Translations under genes and position numbers: made by a program
The notes under the pieces: generated by a model
What the model was told of the DNA's origin: nothing
Database searches by the model: none
The model's input: the letters and a program-made list of their open reading frames with translations, nothing else
Shown: one piece after another, positions 1 to 9,100 of the stretch
Numbering within the stretch: position 1 is the stretch's first letter
Layout of the letters: every line of letters starts with the position of its first letter
Assembly (NCBI GenBank): GCA_977030845.1
Contig: OZ365115.1
Location: 20,956,001 to 21,020,000 of the forward strand
DNA: 64,000 bases
Direction of reading: 5' to 3'
From: Fimbriosthenelais zetlandica
Lineage: Eukaryota

Positions 1-2909
1 TTTTCACACTTTTTCACTTTTCCTATGTTGATGATGCCTTCATTTCTTCTCCTTAGCTTCTTTGTATGTGTACGGAACACTATTCTTCTTCTCCGAACCA
101 TCCCCTGTCTCTCTTCCTACCTCCTCGTCCCTTGAGCCAGTTTGAAACACGTGCTTTCAGGAGGTGGCAAGTCATGACAATGAAAAACACTACCCGGAAG
201 TGTGAGTGAATTTCTCTCTGTTCTTGGTCATACTCTTCCGGGATAGTTTGAGCACGTATTAAGGATGAGAGGAGAAGATAAACTGATATGGAAGTGAGGG
301 GACTTCCTCCACCATGTGAAGTTGGTCGCTTGACTCGCTCAATGGATTCATTACGATAAATGAGTCGGCCAATTTACAAGCCCAATTAGGATGTTTTGTT
401 AACAGGAGCCTGCTGCTCATTTGTTGTTTATTTATATCCTTGGAATCGGTGTAAAATATCATTTGAAATTCAGATGAATTTGAAGAAGGTAGACCTCAAT
501 GAAACTTCTTCTGCTCAAGGAATATAAGAACTTTATATCGACTGAACTGGTATATATACTTCAATAGCAAGAAATAAGGCATAATAGTTCATGATAACTT
601 CCCTGCAAAAGTAGACCAGGAAACATCTTCTAATATCAAATTTATAACCATTCACGTTAGCTTTAATGAATGAAACGCCTCAATCATCTTCTGCTTATTA
701 AGAAAAAGTGGAGATCTGTCCAGATTTTTGATTGGACAATCAGCCTGTCATGTGGTGACATTTCCACCTTGAACTTCCCCCACTGGGTATAGAGAGAAAT
801 GGCCAGTATTACCCATATCTCCCCACCTAACCCTGTACTCCATTTATATCACCACTGATATGAATAGCATACAAAAGCTGAGCTTTGGTCCCCAACCCCT
901 CCCCTTTGCTGGGCCCCCTATTCTAGCAATCTCAGTCATTGAAACAGCAGGCCTTGTATTAAAAAGGTAATTTGATGTGTTTTGTCGCTATCGCTCTAAA
1001 GACGCCGTCACAAAGCAGTCTCTAAATAGCCCAAGACATCACCAAAAGGTCAACAAGCTTGTTGCGTTAAAGAACTAATGACGGCCGAGGCTAACCTTGT
1101 ATGCAGACTCCCTGCTATGGGTGGGTCCCTTTTGTCCAGGCACTCTCCCACTCCACACAATACACCATCCCTCTACCCGCCAACACCCTAACCTTTGTGA
1201 AGGGGTTTGGGGACCAGGTAGTCAAGCTAAGAAGTCATTTCTTTTGGTCTGGCCAAGAAATCTCCCGAAAAATGCCATTTTTACCCTTTTGTGGTTTGCC
1301 AGCCTTTGCAGTAACCTCAAATGAGTGTGAGGAGGTGTGGGAAGGGGCAAAGGGAGCGGGAAGAAGGGGTAAGGTTTTGGTATTGTTGTGGTTCATGTAG
1401 GAGATTGCTTAACATGACTTTAAGTAATGTCATGGCTTGATGATGCACAATAGCATGAAGTGCTGTTTTATATTGTTACATAAAAGCTGATGTTTCATGT
1501 AATGACATCGTTTATGAACGGTTGGTTGGATGTAAAGTTTCATTTCTAAGGGCCATATAGTCATTTTCCCACAGTTATTTTGCAACATTTTTAATAGAGC
1601 CCCCGTCTTTATATTTAGGGCAAGATGCAAAGGAAGTTATGTGTGCAGATTGAATCCATCTCTCCCTTAACTTCATGCTTTGCAGTACCTAAATTCAAAT
1701 GCAATAAACAACTCGGCCAATTTAGCTCTCAATTGTTCCCCCATTGTAAGCCATTAGACATACTCTCAGATGACACGCATGCGCCTTCATTTTATCTCTG
1801 GCCTTGAGGACAGAATCATTCATGGAGACTCCTAAATCAACAGAGACATATTGAAGTTGTGATTCCGAGTGATTTGATTTCTCACTCAGCGCTCGAGTAC
1901 ATCCGCAATCGCCCTATTATCGCCTGGGAATGACTTGCACATTCGCCTATCATCGCTCAGAATGACTTGCACATTTGTAGGGAAGCTTGATGGGAAGGCA
2001 TTTGCACTGCTGGGAGGGATCAATAATGAAGATGATTTAGTCTTGGCCGGGCCACTGGTAGTCCCATCCGTCTTGATTTTGTTTCGGGATATAGGTAAAA
2101 CAACTAGTGACAGTCCACTGATTAAAAAAGTGATAAATGACTGTTACATATAAAATCACTGATGACAGATCTGTAAAGAATTACTCATCATATCAATGTT
2201 TCATTTAAATTATATTTACGACGTAAAAACACTGATATTTCATCAATTCAAGAAATGATTTTCAATTTTCAAATTTCTTTCTGACTGTAGACTAGGCCAA
2301 TTTCACTCGTGTCAGTTTGAAAAATTATTTATAAGGTGGACTAAAAATCCCCTGTGTTTACATCTGATCTTGGTGGAATACCACTTTTTACTAGTGAATC
2401 CTTTTAAACCGGGACCAAATTTCACCTCAATCTCCAAATTCCAAACACTCAGAAAATTCTCAGTAGATGGTCAGAAGTGGTCTGTAGTATACGGTACATG
2501 AGCTATCAGGTTGTGAGTCGTATAAAGGCACAAGTCTTAGTGTCACTTGCTCTGATTTATCAGGCCATGATTTATGCATAGTTTGGAATCTTTCTGATTG
2601 ATGTAAGGTGTCAACACAGTGTAACTAATGATAGAATTAAGATGTGGTTCTGGGATCCTCTTCCTGCGGCATTGATTGGGGACACGAGTCTAGACAAAGA
2701 TATTGAGTCACAATAATGATTTCCTAATGTAGGCCTAAACCTGTTTTCATTTATTTCCCCTGTATTATTTGTAAAATTCATTAATTTTCAATGACATTTC
2801 CCGTCTTCCCACCAGTATTTCCCTTCCAATACGGCAAGTCAAGGATGATGGTTTTGAGATGTTTATTCCTGAGAATATGTTTAGCAAGGACTATTATTAT
2901 GTTTTTCAG

Positions 2910-3169
2910 GTCCCATCAACCGGACAGCTCCAATGGCCCACGGGGGACATCCACCATCAGTTCACTCCCCACATATGTACAGTCCGCCCCCGCCCGCCAC
3001 CTCCATCCACCAGGGTGAACCGAGGATGCTCAACCAACCTGGCGGCATCACAGTAACCTCCACAAGTAACAACAATCACCTCGGTTCCCCAGGAGGTAAC
3101 CTGGTCGTGCCCCAGCCCCTCAAAATGCAGCGCCCCAACAAAACCTACCACTGTCGCATGTGTGATCAG
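2910..3169 (+). CDS. rn: Exon A: Pro/His/Asn-rich N-terminal region plus the Cys pair of finger 1
   Basis: Acceptor gtttttcag| at 2908-2909 and donor cag|gtaggt at 3170. The frame reads ..[28 protein letters not shown]...[10 protein letters not shown]. An in-frame TAG at 2882-2884 means the protein starts at ATG 2933 or in an upstream exon joined by a phase-1 intron. Confidence 0.85.
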
Positions 3170-6100
3170 GTAGGTCCAGCCATGTCTACATTATATTTAC
3201 CCACATCCCAATTTCCCCTTTTCTACTCCAGCCTTTTTTCTATGAGGCCTTCCCAGGCAATTTGACTGGATCACTTTTGCTGGTCCATGTACCCTATGAT
3301 TTCTATTCCGAAATTATGTATACATTCATATGCTCATTAAAGAAATAAATGGTAAATAATTTGCTTTGGAAGGCCTCAATATTACACATTTGATTGTGCC
3401 CTGGCTGGAGTTGGTTGAATTGTATATTATACGTTTGTAATTCGGTGATTTGTTTCAGTGTTAGGATATATTTTTCTAGGAATGGATGAAAGAAATTCAT
3501 TAATTAATCATTTATCCAAAGATAGGGCTATGCATTGATAATCCCGAAAAATACATGTGTATACTTTTAATTATATTTTCTGTATGCCTATAATTATATA
3601 ACATTCATACTCTTATATAAGATATTCCTCTAACATTACATTCTATAAAATATTATCCATCTCTATATTACAAAACAGTAACCATACATAATAATCATAA
3701 CATTTGTATATCAATATAATATGGTCGTCATTGGGTCACGTTTTAAAAGCTTAAGAAATAACAGGAAATTGTGCTTTAAATGGCTCACACCATTATCTTG
3801 TAAGAGTTAGAAGTAAGAAAGCCCGGTAAGAAAGGCATAACGTCCTCACTGATAAAGGTATTTAGAATTCCAAAGTTGGGAATAAAACCACTTCTTATGA
3901 TCATCTAAAACTATTCAAATCAAGGCTAGAAATTAACCACCATCTTATGACAAAAGTCTATCTTGGGGAATGGAAAAAGTGAGGAACACATCATTCCCAT
4001 ACACTGACTCCTCCTGTATAGTCTTTTGGCGAAGGGAAAAAATGGATTAAAGAAGTGGAGAAAGATGTCGGTTTGTCAGGTGGGAAGTTGGGAAATGCTG
4101 TGGTTTTTCTTGGAGCGATTAGTGGACTTCAAAGCATTGTAACATCGAGGAGTGCCAGCCTCCTCCTCGTGTCTGTTGAAACCAGGAAGTGGGCAGAGTG
4201 GGCTACGAAGAGGTGTGGTTGGCAGGAAAAAAACAGGAAATATTGTCAACACAACTTTATTATTAACAGTCTTTGCTGCCCAACCCGAGAAAAGTAAATG
4301 TCAGGATTTGCTATTTTGGCCATTGGTTGGACGGGAATCGTGAAGAGGCTTGGAGAAAGTGGGCGATAAAGGGGTTTCCCTCAGGGTAGAGGTATTGAGT
4401 TTTTCTTTAATTATCGCCTATCTGTTCACTGCCTTTAGTCAGATCATATGACTTGTAAAATGATTGACAGATGCACAAATAGACAGGTAAACCATGCTCA
4501 CTCTATACTATGTTAATGGCAGCCATATTGTTAGCAGTATAGATTCGGTGCACAGTTTCAGGCACGGTCTAACCTCTTGTCTAACAATACCATCTGACAA
4601 GCAATTAAAACTCGCGACATAAATGAAAGCACACACAATTATTCATCATGCACTCCCCCTAAAAAAACTTTTTTTAAATTAGAGTGTGAAGGGTATGATC
4701 TATCGTGACCAGAGGCGTTATGCTACTTCACCTAACGATGAATTATAAATGTTGGGCTGGAGGGGGTCGGGAGGAGAGGAGTGCGTGGCTTCATCATGCC
4801 CTTAAACTCGGACAGTGGGATGTTGCTTGCTGGATGCTTCCTCCTCCTCCCTCGCTTCCATTACTCTAAGTTTTTTTACAGTCATTGCACTAAAGTAGTT
4901 TTTGGCGTGAGTCTGTTTAACTGGGTCATTAGGTCATGAGACCTTTTTTGCCTCTGCAGACCCTGGCCTTATGGGGGGAGAACCTTGAGATGGTGAATTC
5001 GTTCTTGTACTGCCATTTCCCTTCGTTAACCCATCTCTACCATAGTCACAGCCATTGCCAATGCCACCACCCTACCAAGCTTGACAAACGTCATCTATGT
5101 ATTCATTTATCAGTTAATTGCTAAGAGAAATTTAATAGATGACTGAAATATCCAAGAAAACGTCGCAATATTATATTATATAGGACATTAGTGAACCTTT
5201 ATTGAGTAATTTTATTATTATTAAATCATCTGTCGCAGCCGGAGAAGAAATAAGGGATGGTTTCTGTCTTTGTTGTATAGGAGAAAATTAAATTGCTTTT
5301 AATTAATTCTGGATGTCGTATTTTTGGATTTAAATCTAGCATTTTTATCTGTCTATCCCGTCCCTCAACTTCCCCACTAGCGGCGTCCTCGTGGGCTCTA
5401 AATATAAACATTCATGGGCCACACTATTACTAGCAGCAACTCCCAACCGGTCTGGGTAGAAATAGAGAAATAAAAAGTAATAATAAAAACAGAAAAATCA
5501 ACAAACAAAAATCATAGGAAGAGAGAGAGAGGGGAAAATAAAAAAACATGGAGCCTGCTGGAGAGCCAGTTGTTTTTAGAGGCTGTAATGTTGCTCGCCT
5601 CTGGCTAGCCAAGGATCGCCTGGCAAAAATGGCCGCCACGGGAGAGGGAGGGAGAGGAGTAAAAAAAGAACTGGAAATAAATGGAATAAAAAGGGAAAAT
5701 GGGACGGGGTTGGGTGATTGACAGCTTTTGGAGACTCCCTCTGTGTTGATGGATTCCACTGGGTCTGATTTCTGGCAAACAGGTGGGAAAAGTGACAGTT
5801 GGCGTGAAAAATCACGCTTCATTATGTGCAGTTGTTAAAGCGGTTCTGTGAAATGTGCCAATATCATTATAAAGTTGAGATCTAATCTAAATAAAGGGCA
5901 ATCTGAGTGAGGATCGATCTGTGAATTTAATGAATTATGTACAAAATAATTATATTATGTGATTTGATACATATTTCCAAACAATTATGTTGGTATTACC
6001 TAATTGGAATTAACATATAATAGATATCAGTAAGCGATCATGTAAATAGAGGTCATGTTACATAACAGTCGTACGTCGGATCATAAAATCTAGAATTGAA

Positions 6101-9100
6101 CATGTGTCGAATTCATTCATGAATCTGTCGAATTCATTCATGAATCTCTCTTATATGAAGCACTATCCTAGCTAAGAAGTCCCCCTTTAAATGGGTCAGC
6201 CACTCGTCTGCCGTGTTGGCAAACAAACCTACCTCTCTTGTGGTAAAGTGCTTCTTTCCTTGCTAGGGACAAAAATGGCCAGGACAAGCCGCCTGAAGCG
6301 AGCAATTACCCCGAGAAAAAGGCTAGAAAAAGAGAGTTTTTATATTTCCCATTACCATTCGCAAACAGACCTATTGTACTGATTGGATCTCCATTCTTTT
6401 TCACATGGTCCACCCGTGAATAATAATCTACTTGAATAGTAAACAGAATGATTTTTGCAATCTTTTATTTTCCATAACCATTCGGATCCATATGTTTTGG
6501 AAAATATATGTTTTATCTTCGGAAACAGTCCTGTACTTGACTCGATGCAGTCATTGACGGCGACCTCTTTTTGTTCTGCCCATGTTTTCTTAGGGACACA
6601 GACGATGTTTTAAGCAGAGGTCATGTTTTGGTGGGATAATAAAAGGAAATGATGTCAATTGGCTGGGAATAAAACCTGGGGGAAAAGGATTCAAGAAGTG
6701 ACTTCGGACCCGACACACTCCTTCTGCCTTTGGACATAAAATATTAACTGTCGCCTTTTTGGGCAGGGTTTCTTTTTCCACTCTGACAAATGAGATTAAT
6801 TGTTTGATAAATACAATTCAACTTCTTTTTGCCGGGTGCGGGCTCGGTGTAAATAATCGGTTTATTTATTGGATTTATTGCCATAAACACTTGACGCAAT
6901 TTCTGGCACTTTTTGCTTATTTAAAAAGGGAAGATTTTGGTAAATACACCAAGTCTGAATAAAAAGGCTGGGGAAGGCAGGAAGAAATAAAACCAGATCA
7001 GATTGACAGCTTACAACAAGATCAAGTTTTACTGTAAATGGGGAAACAGGCAGGATGGCAATAGATGATAAGAATAAGACAATTTTATATTTACTTTTTC
7101 ATTCTTCTTATAATAGATAGATATATTATCTTTATGACTATTAATACTAGTAATTCCTTATTCACACTATTCCGGGTCAGAAATAGTTTAATTGACGTGA
7201 ATTCCTCTAGATATGGATTTCATGCAGTAATCAGGAAATGTTCACCAAACTTCAGTTCCCTGAATTAAACAAACAGACAGTATTAAACACAAAAACAAGT
7301 ACGATATAGTAACCGATCCACATGTGAATATAATATTCGTACAAAGGTTCATAATTTATTTTAAATTTTATAAATAGATCATTTTGATATTGTATTCAAT
7401 GTTATATGGTGGTTAGTTTGAAGCATGATACATCATTGGTATCATGTCTGATTTTAATATGTAATGATCACATGTGGGTATTGACCATTTTTTTCCAGCT
7501 TTATCTTTGTGCACATTTCGTCTCACGCCTCGTATTATGATAATGACAATTTTCTATTATTGCAATAATTAAGCGTTGCATTTTTGGTTGGTTTGTGCAT
7601 GTCTCCATCCTCGTATATATTGCGCCCCTTTCTGCCTCCTCTAGCTTGCTTCTGTGGCCAATGACTATTCATCTTGATAGATGTTACCAAATTATTTGCT
7701 GCATAAACCTCGCTTGTAGTCGGCCCACAGTAGGATTTGCCAACCCTGGAACGAAAGTGATTTACTAAACACATGTTTGGGTATGGACATCATGAACCCA
7801 CATCTTATCATTTGAAAAATGGATTTACACCTTATGGTGTGCTTGAAAGCATTAGACAAAGTTTAAGGCCTATTTTATCTCTGATTTTCTTCACAATTTT
7901 CATGGATTAATGCATGGTTTTTGATTGGTATACACGTCATTTGTAAATATTGGATGAAATTTGTCTCTTTTCATGAATCTTTTGCATTAACTTTTTAAAT
8001 CGGCTAAGTTATCATCAAGGATTTCGAATTACTCATTTGAACCTTCGATTCTATTGTAGAATTGTCATGTGTCTATCTTCTGTAATTTGAAGGTATATCG
8101 ATTTACTTTTAAGATTTTGACCTCTTGATTGCCTTGCTTGATTGAAGGGAAGAAATTAAAGGAAATTGTATGAAAGATGTGCTTATGATGTGATATCCTT
8201 ATGTGCTCCCATGCTTGCAATAAGTTTTTCAACCTGCCTGGCTCTTCCCAAATGAAAGCACCAACACCCCTGCGTCAACTGTGGCATCACAGTGACGTTA
8301 TGTGTGACGTCACATGACATCGATCACATAACGTCAATATCGCTGTAGAAAATGAAACGTCACGCCATGACATTTCGATGCCAGTTTGTATGTGTCTGCT
8401 GTGATGTCACAACTGGGTTTGTATGTGGCGTCCCAACCCGTCCTAAGTCTGTGACGTCACCATGATGGATGAATGACGTCAGCATTTCATGAATGACGTT
8501 GAATGTCTGCGCTGCATTGTTGTCCTAGGGTTAGAGGCTAGCGCAAACAAGGCAGAAAGGAGGCAACATCAAATATTCCCCCCTCCCTCCCGCGTCTTAA
8601 CAGATGCACCCATACCTTGTAATTATTGAAAAATTTCACGAAATTTTTCTCAAAAAGAATAGAGAATATAACAAGCCAAACCAAAATGTAAAGGCTTCTG
8701 AACTCTACTCTAAGTAACCACTGGAAATGTCGTATCTCTATATTATCATATTGCTCGAGCTGTTGTCATTGTATCTCTGTAAAAAGTTGTCCTCATGGAG
8801 AAGAATATCAAAACTAAATTTGTCCATTCTCGATATTTGTTTCTTTAACATTGTGACTAGAAAGTTCTGGTTGTAAATTCATTACTTGGCTGGTTACCTG
8901 TGGTTTTCTTTGTGTTTTTCAATAGACAGGTTAGTACAGAGCAAAGTACAAACTTTTATTCCGATGAAAATATTATCTCTAAATGACAGGAATTGTTATT
9001 CCCTATTCCAAAAGAAAACCAATAGAAAAGATGCTTATGTAAATTATACCCTCGATATTAGATTTTAAAAACAACTGATGTAACGATATATTGGAAAGCT

